Of a stretch of 64,000 nt of DNA, positions 26,297 to 38,307 are shown one piece after another. The translations under genes and the position numbers were made by a program. The notes beneath the pieces were generated by a model. The model worked only from the letters and a program-made list of their open reading frames with translations, did no database searches and was not told where the DNA came from. The first letter of the stretch is position 1, and each line of letters opens with the position of its first letter. Source of the DNA: Malacoraja senta (taxonomy: Eukaryota); NCBI GenBank assembly GCA_038087875.1, contig CM075990.1:10850001-10914000 (forward strand), in the 5' to 3' direction.

Positions 26297-26464
26297 GCCA
26301 CAGAAGTGCTGGAGTAACTCAGCAGGATAGTCAGCATGCCTGGAGAACATAGATAGGTGATCATTCAGGTCAGACCCTTCTTATGATGCTGCCTGACCCG
26401 CCGAGTTATTCCAGTACCATATATATTTTTTATAAACCAGCATTTGCAGTTCTTTGTTTCTTCA
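26297..26464. mobile_element. Fold-back PLE-terminus unit with a 14-bp TSD, inside a minus-strand CR1 tail
   Basis: tgatgccaagttaa at 26283-26296 and 26465-26478, with inverted arms in between. Confidence 0.8.
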
Positions 26465-26723
26465 TGATGCCAAGTTAATTTCCTCTGCCCTCACATGAAC
26501 CATATCCATCCATTCCATTCATATCCATGTCCCAATCTAAAAGCCTCTTGAATGCCACTATCATATCTGCTTCCACCTTCTCTCGGAGGGTTATGAACCT
26601 TTATAGTACAGGCACGCACGCAGGGACAGACAACTATGGAGATGGAGTTGCTGAATATACTTAAGGTGGAGATTAACAAGTATTTGAATTACAGACGAGT
26701 GAAGAGAACAAGTGGGAAAGTGT

Positions 26724-26907
26724 AGGAAGGAACTGTAGATGCTGGTTTAAACCGATGATATACACAGAGGGACAGGTAGCATCTCTGCATAGAAGGAAAG
26801 GGTGACATTTTGGGTTGAATCTGATGGGTCTTGACCCGAATCGTCACCTATTCCTTCTATCCAGAGATGCTGCCTGTCCCGCTGAGTTACTCCAGCATTT
26901 TGTGTCT
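26724..26907. mobile_element. Fold-back PLE-terminus unit with an approximately 14-bp TSD
   Basis: aagtgggaaagtgt (26710-26723) and aaatgggagagtgt (26908-26921) flank inverted arms. Confidence 0.75.
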
Positions 26908-27049
26908 AAATGGGAGAGTGTGTCAAGACAAAGATCTATTTAGCCACAATACTATTTATTGGTGGAGATGACTCAAGGACCAATTGTCCTCATGTTACTT
27001 TTCTTCTTTGTGTTCTCACAAGGACTAATCACAGCTTAATGCAATAGAC

Positions 27050-27952
27050 AAAAGTTGCAGTTTGCCAAGAAGTACTTAAAAGAGCAACCAGTTCTGGAAA
27101 AAGGTCTTGTGGACAGATGACATGAAGATTAACATATCAGAGTGAAGGCAAGAGGAAAGTATAGAGGAGAGAAGGATCTGCCCAAGATCCAAAGCATACC
27201 ACTTCATCTGTGAAACACGGTGGTGGGGGTGTTATGGCCTGGGCATATATGGCTGCTGAAGGTACTGGCTCACTTATCTTCATTGATGATACAACTGCTG
27301 ATGGGAGTAGCATAATGAATTCTGAAGTGTATAGACACATCCTATCTGTTTAAGTTCAAACAAATGCCTCAAAACTCATTGGCCGGCTGTTCATTCTACA
27401 GCAAGACAATTGATCCCAAAAATACTGCTAAAGCAACAAAGGAGTTTTTCAAAGCTAAAAAAAAATGTAAATTCTTGAGTGGCCAGGTCAATCACCCGAT
27501 CTGAAACCAATCGAGCATGCCTTTTATATGTTGAAGAGAAAACTGAAGGGTACTAGCCCCCAAAACAAGCATAAGCTAAAGATGGCTGTAATACAGGCCT
27601 GGCAGAGCATCACCAGAGAAGTCACCCAGCAACTGGTGATATCCATGAATCACAGACTTCAAGCAGTCATTGCATGCAAAGGACATGCAATAAAATACTA
27701 AACATGACTTTCATTTACATAACATTGCTGTGTCCCAAACATTATAGTGCCCTGAAATTGGGGGACTATGTATAAACACTGCTGTAATTTCTACATGGTG
27801 AAACCAAAATGTATAAAAATTGTCTTTTTTTCAATCTGACAATGTGCACTTTAAACACATGTGATTTTTTCTATTACAAATCTCAAATTGTGGAATACAG
27901 AGGCAAATAAATAAATGATGGATCTTTGTCCCAAACATTATGGAGGGCACTG
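27050..27952 (+). mobile_element. Tc1-family DNA transposon, 3' half with right IR/DR end
   Basis: Frameshifted transposase motifs FWKKVLWTD, SVKHGGGGVMAW, FILQQDN-DPK and EWPGQSPDLKPIEH. The element ends ...ggagggcactg|TA, and tgtcccaaacattat is repeated at 27731 and 27927. Confidence 0.92.
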
Positions 27953-29199
27953 TATAGTTTAATGTGGAAAAATACAGTGACGAAAATGCAGTAACAATTG
28001 TGCAATTGTATCCATTTAAGGGATTAGATTACTATAAAATTGGTATGGTCAATTGGTGAACAGCACAAGCACTAGAGACTGAGCAAAAAAACAAAAGCAA
28101 GATCTAAAAAGATGAAACTAGAGTTTTAGGAAGTAAGAAGAGGGTACACAAAGGATGGGTGCAACCCACCTGTAAACCCAAACACATCTCATGACTTTCT
28201 TTCATCATGTCAATATGTCAGAATGTACATTGGCTACAACAGCCAATGGTCACCGGATTGTACAACATTTCAGAAATCTTAAGATTAAGGTTAAAAGGAT
28301 CTTAACAGTAATGACTTAACTAACTTACACAAAGTGTAATCAATATGTGTACCAGACTATGAGCAGCCAAGGCAACTGACAGTTCTTGTAAATTCAAGAG
28401 AAACTTGCAGTTAAAAGTAGATGAGATTGAGGCGAGCAGCAAACAACTTGCATGAACAATTTTATATTGATTTGCTTTGGCATTCATCCATGTGTAGTAT
28501 TCCACAACTATATTGTAACTCAGTACTCCAGTGTTCAATACACCAGCATTTTTCTCTACAATATGGAGTTTTACTTTCTACAATCAGATCCACATCCTAC
28601 TATGTTCATAAGAACTGATTTCTGATTCATACCAGAATATCCAATAAGTTTACGATTAAATGGCAAACTGATACATAAAATGGGTAGGGCAAGGGAAATT
28701 CAACTAACTGAACATATTCAGGCTTATATTGAAGCATACTGATGCTGTGAGATAACAATGAATTACAGCTACTGGCGTGCAAGCAACAATAATTCTCTAT
28801 TGCCAATTCATTTCCATAATGATGGAGTACAGTGAGAACTCAGGGCTTTTGAGTTAAGTGCATATGCAAGAGCAGTAACCTTGCTTCAAAATCTAATCCA
28901 AATACTTATCATTTAACAAATGGTAGCATCCTTTCACGTTCTTAAATATAGAAAATGCACAAAGAGATAGTATTTTAAAAACAAGATGCCGACACCTACA
29001 AACAAGATGGTCTTTGCACACCCGCTAAATTTGCTAAATTGGGGGAAGGTATATTTACAAAATTATTAAATAGGCAATGCAGAAATTAGTTTGGGGGCAA
29101 ATTCACATCTGATATGTGGGAGTCTATTAAAGGCCAGTTGATTAGAGTTGGACCAGCATGTCTCAGAGGATGAAAGATAACGATGGCAAGGTTTAGGAA

Positions 29200-29912
29200 C
29201 CTTGGGTGACAAGCGATATTGTACGGTTAGACAAAAAAGATGAAGGGAACATTAGTAAGATTTAGGATGCTAAAATCAGACAAGGCCCTTGAGGAATATA
29301 AAAGAAGCAACAAAGAAGTTAACCAAGGAATCAGGAGGGCTAAAAAAAAGAGCTGTGAAATGATTCTTGGCAAGTAGATTCAAGGAGAATCCCCCAAAAT
29401 ATATATGCATATTAGAAGCAAGCGTGTGGTTAGTGAAAGAATAGGTCCTTTAAGGACAAAGTAAACTTATGTGTGGAACCAACAGGAAGAAGTCAAGGAT
29501 CTTTGAGTACCTCGGATCTGTATTCACCAAGGTGAAGGACATGCGTGAAAAGAAAATTGGGGAAGAGCGTGTAAATATTTCAAGGCATGACAATAACACA
29601 GAGGTTACGGTGTCTTAAAAAACATTAAGGTGGATACGTCCCCAGCGCATGAGGGGATCCATCCCAGGGTACTTAAGGAAACACGGGTGGAGGCTACTGA
29701 GGCCATGACAAATATCTTTGCATAATATTTCCCTAGGGAAGAGATATCAGGAGATTGCAGAATAACCAATGTTGCTCCTTTATTTAAGAAAGACAAAAAG
29801 GGATAAACCAGGAAATCATAGGCCAGTGAGCCAAATATTAGTGGTAGGGAAATTAATGGAAAATATGCTTAGAGGCCGGATTTACTCTCATCAGCAGAAT
29901 CATGGCTTCATT
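29200..29912 (+). mobile_element. Decayed CR1 ORF2 internal fragment
   Basis: KVDTSPAHEGIHPRVLKE, NVAPLFKK and DKPGNHRPVS..VVGKLMEN. Confidence 0.85.
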
Positions 29913-30347
29913 GCGGTAGTCGGTGTGGCTTTGTGTGGGGCAGGTGATGAAGTTGAGGAGTTGAAAATTGAATTTTTCACTAACAATTGTCTTAGCTTAC
30001 AAACATCCTCAATTCTAACCCATTTCATCAACAAATGAAACAGTCCATGTATGCAGCAAAATTGGCCATTGACATTTGATCAATAAATGGAGCAGGCAAT
30101 GCCTATCTTCAACGAGCAATATTCCATCCGCTAACCCCTGATACTGAATGGCACCACTATTGTCAAGCTCCTCACCATCAGCATCCTATGAAACACTGGG
30201 AAGCGGGCTAGGCCAAGGAGATTACCCTGAAGAATTGCTAAGCGATAACCTAAGGCAGGATTGATTGGGCTCTTACAATCACAATCATCCTTTTTCCTTT
30301 GGGGTGTGATTCCAACCATTGGCATGTATTACCAGAGAGGTTTGATG

Positions 30348-30496
30348 CAAGGTAGACAAAAATGCTGGAGAAACTCAGCGGGTGAGGCAGCATCTATGGA
30401 GCTTCTTTCGTTCCATAGATGCTGCCTCACCCGCTGAGTTTCTCCAGCATTTTTGTCTACCTTCGATTTTACAGCATCTGCAGTTCCTTCTTAAAC
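30348..30496. mobile_element. Fold-back PLE-terminus unit with a perfect 52-bp inverted repeat
   Basis: Arms 30349-30400 and 30412-30463 are exact reverse complements. TSD is agaggtttgatg (30336-30347) / agatgtttgatg (30497-30508). Confidence 0.9.
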
Positions 30497-30800
30497 AGAT
30501 GTTTGATGAAACACTGCTTTGACATCACTGATATTGCTTTTGTATTTTAAATAAATTGGATCCATCCAATAATAGAACTCAATTATGTTAAAATATCAAA
30601 AGAATGTACTTAGCTGAAGAATTTTACCACTGTCACTGTTTATAACAACATGGGCATTCAATCAATTGTATTACATGCATTAGGGCACAAAATACAAACA
30701 GCAATCTGTACTAAAAATGCTAAATGGACATTGGATTTCACACTTGCACAGGGAAAAAACGAGGCACCTTCCAGGCATGAAACCTCATCACATTAATACA

Positions 30801-30939
30801 GGGGTGGAAGATTGCAACCTTCACGTGGTCCGCCGTTTCGACAGATGCAATCAACCCGGCGTGCACAATCAAATAAGATCAAATAGAACAAGTTGTCCTG
30901 CAACTTTAGGCTGTGTACGCCATACACAGGAACAAGAAG
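30801..30939 (+). mobile_element. Short retroposon insertion with an 11-bp TSD (possibly an RTE-type tail)
   Basis: acattaataca at 30790-30800 and 30940-30950. The insert ends ...gccatacacaggaacaagaag. Confidence 0.7.
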
Positions 30940-31099
30940 ACATTAATACAAGCTGAAGTGTGTAGTTTATGTCAAAGATTTGAGCTGCAAAAACAAAACA
31001 TTTGGAAAGTAATATTTCTGATCCAGATTTTTTTTTAATTTACCCATGCCAAACTCAATTGTTTCAGATTAACTCTTTAAAAAAAAATGTAACAACAAA

Positions 31100-31680
31100 A
31101 CATTTATTTCACGTGTAATGAGATGCAACAAAAAACTTTGTTTTGTGTACTTTCCAGGTAAGTCATCCATACATGATTACAACCAAACAAATATACAAGT
31201 ACAACAGGAAATACAAAGAGAAAGGATACAGAGTTGAGAATATAGTGTCACAGCTACATAGAAAGTGCAGATTTAAAAAGTGCAAGGACTGCAACAACTG
31301 GGAGAACGGAAATACATCTTTAGCTTCTGAGAGCTCAATTCAAGAGTCCGAAAACCTTGGAAGAAGGTTTTCTTGAATCCGGTGCCATGTGCTATGAAGC
31401 TTTTGCATCTTCTGCCCAAATGAAGAGGAGCGGTGAGAAATACCTAGGTGTGAGAATCATGATTATCTTGTCTCCTTTCCTGCGACAGTGTAGATAGAGT
31501 CAATGGATTGGGGGTGGTGTGGGGGGAGGGGGGAGGGGGGAGGGGGGAGGGGGGAGGGGGGAGGGGGGAGGGGGGAGGGGGGAGGGACAACGAGGGGAGA
31601 GGCTGGTTTGTGTGATGCAGTCATCTGTGTCCACAATTCTGCAATTTCTTGTAGTCTTCGGCAGAGAAGTTGCCAAACGA
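31100..31680 (-). mobile_element. Rex1/Babar LINE 3' remnant containing a G-rich expansion
   Basis: Reverse complement matches the Rex1 ends at 16180 and 60800 (agatgcaaaagcttc..gcac..ccggattcaagaa; cacacaaaccagcctc..tccattgactc). Confidence 0.75.
31521..31586 (+). repeat. (GGGGGGA)9 tandem repeat
   Basis: Nine perfect 7-mers followed by GGG. Confidence 0.95.
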
Positions 31681-34640
31681 ATCCACGCTCTCAGAGGCTT
31701 CGAAGCGGAATTTAGTATTTACACATTCGAGCATCACTGGGCAACACTAAATTTGTTGTTTCTTGAATATACAACATTTACAATACAAAGTTAACATACA
31801 TAATTCTGCAGATCTTGGTGTGGTACTTTGCATGAGCAAATAAGCAATTATCAACAAGTCATTCTTTAATTGAAGGCAGTCACTCTCAACTAACAACAGT
31901 AAACAGTACAACAATGTTATACCATATGGTGCATGCTGTTCTAAAATGCACTCTTTACACTTTAATTCATTACAGTAAGCAAGTAGCAATTGCATTGCAA
32001 ATCACACCAATCTTCTTTTGGGGAAAGGTACATCTTGGAATGTGCTAATTTCACATGTGCGGATGGATCTTGTCAAACAAAATCATTCTTTCAGCCTTAT
32101 CATCAAAAAGTAACGGTATTCAGGTTGATAATATGGATTAGTCATATGCAGGCACAAGATTAGATAAACTTTATGGGGAAAATAGGATCCTAAACATATT
32201 TTATGTGATACTGAGCAAGATAGTAGGATACAGAAATAGGACAGTTTGATATTTTTGCGTGTGCAGTGACAATTAAGCAACAGTTGTTTGAACCTATATC
32301 AAGGAACTACCAAAACCCAAGAGATTAGGAACTACATTTAAAATGTTTCTAAAGCTTTAATTGACGTGCAATTAGCAAGGGGTCCTATTTTGAGGGCCCC
32401 AGCTCAGAACAGAGGGCACTAAAACTGAACAGTTGCATGAGAAGGCTTAAGGTCACCAAGAGAAGGATTAAATAACTTTACAGCAGCCAGTTCATGCCTC
32501 AGATACTTCCCAAGTGAACATACTTGGGAAGTATTTAAGCACAACATTAAACACGATGTGTAATTATGATGTGGTATGGCAATTTCAAAACAGTACTTGA
32601 TAAACTGATTTTAGTTTTACCTGATTGCACGGTTGTGTTGTAGCTGTAATATATGTAAATATAACATGGCAGGTTGAAAAGATCTTAGATACCGCAGATT
32701 GAACTGATACCGAGACTCTAGGCTTCGTTGCCTTTGCCCTTCGTGGGACCAATCACGAGAATCCCAGTTACTTCAGACTCAATACGAAATTACTAAATAA
32801 AACTAAATCAAAGTAAAGCAGTCACCCCATGACAAATTCATTGGTCCAAAACCAAACACTGATAGATATTGATCTCCAACTCCATTGTGAATTTAAGTCA
32901 GGTTCTGAAACCCACTTCTAATGCATAGAAGGACTGGTTAACAAGGTTGGCTAGACGAAATAAAATCCAGAGAGAATTTCAATTCACCAGCAAAAGTCTG
33001 GAGGACATTCAGATCCATCTGTCTTATATCCGAGAACTTTGATGCATGTCAACTTTAAGCACTCTGTCTAAAGGAAATTGGCACTTGTCAAACAAAGCAA
33101 TTAGATTGCCGGCTTGTTCACATGTTATAGTGCTCTGCAATATATGGTTATGCTGCACATCTGACTATGCTATTTTATCTACGCTTCCAAGAGTCCTCAC
33201 CAGACTAAGTAGCAACATTGAACAAAACTTGCAATTTAAAAACCCTAGGGAAATTAAACCTTTTTGCCAGTGCCTTCAATAGCCTTGTTACAGTAGTTAG
33301 TGTATTATCCCAAAGTTTTGACCAAATGCAATTTAAAGTAATTCACATTTGTGCACAGCTAATGTGCAGCATGCAGCATTGAATAATATTCAGCATTTTG
33401 AAGTCTCAATGATTTTTGTGCCAGAAAAGCCAGTAATTCGCTTCTAACATCACAGTAAGCGCCTAAATGTCAATTTAAAGGCAGCTTCTTTGTGAAATAA
33501 CTGAACATTATTTGTGTACTTAAACTGTAAAATACAATACAGAAATTTTTAAAAATTGCCAGTGAATGATTACAACGATATATATTTTTTTAAATCAGGA
33601 GGAGCTGAGCAGACAGGTACACTGTCCTGCATAATACTTAGCCATAAAAACCAAGATGGTCGCAATTCCTACGGTGCAGAAATTAGTTATTGGAAGGCAG
33701 GCCAGTGATAGGAACATTATAATTGGTCTCAAGATCCCAGAGTATAAAAATATATATATATAGAAGCATAGTCGGCACATAGTATTACTGCCATCATTTA
33801 TATGGAGGACATAGACTAACATGAACCAATTGCCTGTTAGCCCCTGTTTCCACATCACAGTTTTAATGCATTCCTTATAACAATCAGATTACTCCTGCTG
33901 GAAGTCGGATACCCACAGACATTAGGTGAAAATATAGCTTTGATATATATATGATATATATGAAAATATAGTATGATGCCTTGATCAAAGGTCTACAGAA
34001 ACAAGTATTATAATTTGGACTTAACAAATTCCCACCTGTACATAACGAGTGTGACACCAGCCACCACCTTCGGAAGAGTTGGGGACAACACTGGTCTGGA
34101 TGGGATCTGACATTCCTTAGATTCCCTCTGCTTGCAATGATGTGACCTTGCATTATGTTTCTCACATCAAAAGATTTTATTATACAAATTACATTCTTCA
34201 GGTTGAAACAACTCTCAGATCAGTGGAAATGAGAAAAATAAAGCTTAATTTTGTTAACATTCTTGCAATATTTTAAAATTGTAACATCTGTAACTGACTA
34301 ATTTACCAACAACCGTACCTCTTGTTTCCAAACTTACATCAAAATAACAACATATTTTGCACAATCAAAAGAGTGGGCAGGAAGCTTATTGTTAATTCTT
34401 TCTGATTCGGAAACTAGCACAAAAATTCACAAAGATAATGTGAGACACACACACCGCTGGCTTTTCCTTATTCTGGCACGTATCACATCACGATTTGTAC
34501 ATAAACAACAACTAGAATTTTATTAGCACAATGAAACATCTAAAGATACTGCAAATTTAAATACAAACATATAGGGAGAAATTAGATCAGCAAAGGGTAA
34601 GTTTTAATGAATGCCTTACAGCTGGAAAGATTAGTAGTTG

Positions 34641-34913
34641 AACAACAGTACCTCATATTTCACTTGGGTATCTTACACCCCAGCAGTATGAACATTGATT
34701 TCCCTAACTTTAAATAGCCCTTGCTTTCCCTCTCTATCCCCTCCCCCTTCCCAGTTCTCCCACCAGTCTTACTCTCCAACTACATTCTATCTCTGTCCCA
34801 CACACTCCCCTGACATCAGTCTGAAGAAGGGTCTCGGCCCGAAACGTCACCCATTCCTTCTCTCCAGAGATGCTGCCTGTCCCGCTGAGTTACTCCAGCA
34901 TGTTGTGTTTACC
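34641..34913 (+). mobile_element. 5'-truncated Penelope 3' end with hammerhead core
   Basis: QQYLIFHLGILHPSSMNIDFPNFK* is followed by a UTR with CTGAAGA-A-GGGT-CTCG-GCCC-GAAA-C-GTC (34821-34848). TSD is tagtagttg / tagcagttg. Confidence 0.88.
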
Positions 34914-35332
34914 TAGCAGTTGGATTCCAGACAAGGCAATGCAAGATTCCTACCCTGAAATGAATGGCACAATAAAACACTATTTTATAGTTTCAAATAA
35001 TGCATCATGCTTTTGGTGTTAATTTTGTAGAAAATTAATAGCAACTTTTCAGTTGGTGTAGATATTATTCTTTGTACATTAATCCAGGTACTTGGGGTTC
35101 CACAACAAAAACAAATGTAAGCACATCAGGAAGCATGCATTTTTGGAGGAAGCAAAGGATGTTTTTAGCAATAATAATATGGGAAATATTATTTTTCCCG
35201 TTTTGCAATAATATGAGAAAGCTTAAATAATGCATTTGCACCCTCCTTTGGAAAAATGCTGGAAGCCTTAAAGAGACCACCTCCAATAACATGAAAAGAT
35301 TGGCCTATATGCTTCCTGAGCACAGAGGCCAT

Positions 35333-38180
35333 ATAGAATCATAGAAAGTAGGTGCGAGAGTAGACCACCAGGTCCATCGAGCCCGCACCGCCATTCGCTC
35401 ATGGCTGAACACCAAACAGACACCCCACGCCCAAACAGTAGACACAAGACACAGAACACAAGACACTACCCTCCCCTTTATACCGCTATCACCCCTCTCC
35501 ACCCCAAGAACCGCGTGATCTCCTGGGGGAGGCAAAAAAACGGATAAAAACCCAGGTCCAATTCGGGAAAAAAATCCGGGAAATTCCTCTCCGACCCCAA
35601 TCCAGGCGATCGACACTTGTCCAGGAGATCACTCAGGTCTTACTATACTAACCCTACCTAGGTCCATATCCCTGCCCTCTCCCCGTAGCCCCTTATCCCC
35701 TTGGCAGCTAAAAAACCATCTATTTTAGACTTAAATATATTTAATGTTTCTGCTTCCACTGCTCCCTGGGGCAGTGAATTCCATAAATTAACCACCCTCT
35801 GGGTGAAGAAGTTCTTCCTCATCTCAGTTTTAAAAGAGCCCCCCCTTATTCTGCAACTATGTCCCCTAGTTCTAGTTTCCCCGATCATTGGGAACATCCT
35901 CGGTGCATCCACCCGATCAAGGCCCCTCACGATCTTATATGTTTCAATGAGATCGCCTCTCATTCTTCTAAACTCCAAAGAGTAGAGTTCCAGCCTACTT
36001 AACCTTTCCTCATATGTCAATCCCCTCATTGCAGGAATTAATCTTGTAAACCTTCGCTGCACTGCCTCCAGGGCCAGTACATCCTTTCTTAAGTATGGAC
36101 CCCAGCACTGTACACAGTATTCCAAATGTGGTCTCACTAATACTGTGTACAGCTGCAGCAAGACCTCCGTGTTTTTATACTCAATCCCCCTAGCAATAAA
36201 GGCCAAAACTCCATTGGCCTTCCTGATAGCTTGCTGCACCTGCATACTAACTTTTAGTGATTCATGTACTACTACCCCTAGATCCCTTTGCGTTGCATTA
36301 CAACGCAGCTCCTCCTCATTTAGAAAATAACTTGCCCTATCATTTTTTTTCCCAAAGTGAATGACTTCACATTTATTAGTATTAAATTTCATCTGCCAAG
36401 TTGTTGCCCACTCACCTAGCTTATCTATATCCTTTTGCAGACTCTTCCTATCCTCCTCATCCCCTACTTTTCTTCCCATTTTTGTATCGTCTGCAAATTT
36501 TGATATATTACACTTGGTTCCCTCCTCCAAATCATTTATATAAATTGTGAACAACTGGGGTCCCAGCACCGACCCTTGCGGAACCCCGCTAGTTACCGGT
36601 TGCCATCCCGAATATGAACCATTTATCCCCACTCTCTGCTTCCTATTTGTTAGCCAATCCTCTACCCATGCTAATATATTACCCCCAATCCCATAATTTT
36701 TTATTTTTAGCAATAGTCTCTTATGTGGCACCTTGTCAAAAGCCTTTTGGAAGTCCAAGTATACCACATCCACCGGTTCCCCTTTATCCACCCGGGTTGT
36801 TACTTCCTCAAAGAATTCGAGCAGATTCGTTAAACAGGACTTCCCCTTCACAAAACCATGCTGGTTCTGTCCGATGAAGTCATGTCCATCCAAGTGCCCC
36901 GTTAGTGTTTCTTTAATAATTGTCTCTAACATTTTACCCACCACCGATGTTAGACTAACCGGTCTATAGTTACCCGCCTTCTGTTTACTTCCTTTTTTAA
37001 ATATAGGTGTTACATTGGCCATTTTCCAATCCACTGGGACCGTTCCTGCCTCCAGGGAGTTTTGGAAAATTATCACCAATGCATCCACAATCCCCACCGC
37101 TATCTCCGTCAAGACCCTTGGATGTAATCCATCAGGCCCAGGGGATTTATCCTCCTTCAGTCTCATTAATTTCCCTAATACCACCTCCTTGATGATCTTA
37201 ATAGTATTTAGCTCCTCCATTCCTACCGCCCCCTGTTTATCCAGCGTTGGAATATTTTTTGTGTCTTCTATGGTGAAGACTGATACAAAATACTCGTTTA
37301 ATGCCTTTGCCATTTCCATGTTCCCCACCAACAACTCTCCAGTCTCACCCTCCAATGGACCAACGTTCACCTTAGCCACCCTTTTTCTTTTTATATAGCT
37401 ATAAAAACTCTTACTATTAGTTTTTATGTTGTTCGCTAAATTCCTTTCATAGTCTATTTTCCCCGTCTTAATTAATCTCTTAGTTATTTTTTGCTGACCT
37501 TTAAATGCTTCCCAATCCTCTACCCTCCCACTATCTCTGGCTACCTTATATGCCCTTGCCTTCAGCCGAATACTATCCTTTATAGTTTTACTGAGCCATG
37601 GCTGACTGTTCTTACCCTTACCCCTTTTTTTCTTCATAGGAATAAATTTTTCTTGAAGGTTATACAGTAGATCCTTAAACGTACACCACTGCTCATGTAC
37701 CGTCTTATTCTTGAGTCTGCTATCCCAGTCAACTTTGATCAGCTCAGTCCTCATACCTTCATAATCCCCCTTATTTAGACTAAATACCCTAGCCTGAGTT
37801 TCAACCTGCTCCCCTTCTATTTGAATATGGAATTCGACCATATTGTGGTCACTTGTTCCCAACGAGTCCCTAACTATGACATTTTTAATTAATCCTACTT
37901 CATTACACAGGACCAGATCCAAGATTGCCTCCCCCCTTGTCGGTTCTGTGACATACTGTTCTAGGAACCCGTCTCTAATACATTCTATAAACTCTTCCTC
38001 TAGTCTACCCTGCCCAGTTTGGTTTGCCCAATTAATATGAAAATTGAAGTCCCCCATGATTACAGCAGTTCCCTTTTTACATGCGTCAACTATTTGCAGA
38101 TTTATGTTCTGACTAACAGCGTCACAGCTATTTGGAGGTCTATAAATTACACCCACTAGTGTTTTTTTCCCCTTGTTATT
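35333..38180 (-). mobile_element. Young 5'-truncated CR1 LINE
   Basis: Contains the uninterrupted ORF2 listed below, a 3' UTR of about 320 nt and a tctatgattctat tail. The 5' junction has a short tandem duplication of cccttgttat. Confidence 0.96.
35658..38180 (-). CDS. CR1 ORF2 (partial AP endonuclease plus complete reverse transcriptase); the annotated Met lies in flanking DNA
   Basis: Endonuclease motifs GVIYRPP, MGDFN, LDLVL and SDH. RT motifs GNYRPVSLTSVVGK, YLDFQKAFDKV, GVPQGSVLGP and FADD. CR1 C-terminus VRPHLEYC..WNSLP. Confidence 0.95.
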   Translation of the reverse strand, partial: NNKGKKTLVGVIYRPPNSCDAVSQNINLQIVDACKKGTAVIMGDFNFHINWANQTGQGRLEEEFIECIRDGFLEQYVTEPTRGEAILDLVLCNEVGLIKNVIVRDSLGTSDHNMVEFHIQIEGEQVETQARVFSLNKGDYEGMRTELIKVDWDSRLKNKTVHEQWCTFKDLLYNLQEKFIPMKKKRGKGKNSQPWLSKTIKDSIRLKARAYKVARDSGRVEDWEAFKGQQKITKRLIKTGKIDYERNLANNIKTNSKSFYSYIKRKRVAKVNVGPLEGETGELLVGNMEMAKALNEYFVSVFTIEDTKNIPTLDKQGAVGMEELNTIKIIKEVVLGKLMRLKEDKSPGPDGLHPRVLTEIAVGIVDALVIIFQNSLEAGTVPVDWKMANVTPIFKKGSKQKAGNYRPVSLTSVVGKMLETIIKETLTGHLDGHDFIGQNQHGFVKGKSCLTNLLEFFEEVTTRVDKGEPVDVVYLDFQKAFDKVPHKRLLLKIKNYGIGGNILAWVEDWLTNRKQRVGINGSYSGWQPVTSGVPQGSVLGPQLFTIYINDLEEGTKCNISKFADDTKMGRKVGDEEDRKSLQKDIDKLGEWATTWQMKFNTNKCEVIHFGKKNDRASYFLNEEELRCNATQRDLGVVVHESLKVSMQVQQAIRKANGVLAFIARGIEYKNTEVLLQLYTVLVRPHLEYCVQCWGPYLRKDVLALEAVQRRFTRLIPAMRGLTYEERLSRLELYSLEFRRMRGDLIETYKIVRGLDRVDAPRMFPMIGETRTRGHSCRIRGGSFKTEMRKNFFTQRVVNLWNSLPQGAVEAETLNIFKSKIDGFLAAKGIRGYGERAGIWT

Positions 38181-38307
38181 ACCCTTGTTATATCTGTACA
38201 TGAATGTTATTTTAAGATGACTCTTTTAAATCTGATGCTTAAATTTTTCAATGGTTCAATGGTGCTTTATTGTCTTCTTGCAACAAGGCCAGCGTACGTA
38301 TCCAGGT

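Noticed and set aside
31503-31794. Gly/Arg-rich (RGG-like) ORFs
   Set aside because: Produced by the (GGGGGGA)n repeat.
38181-38201. Start codon of the 847-aa ORF (possible domesticated RT gene)
   Set aside because: MYRYNKG comes from flanking DNA and a small junction duplication. The element is a 5'-truncated CR1 with an ordinary 3' tail.
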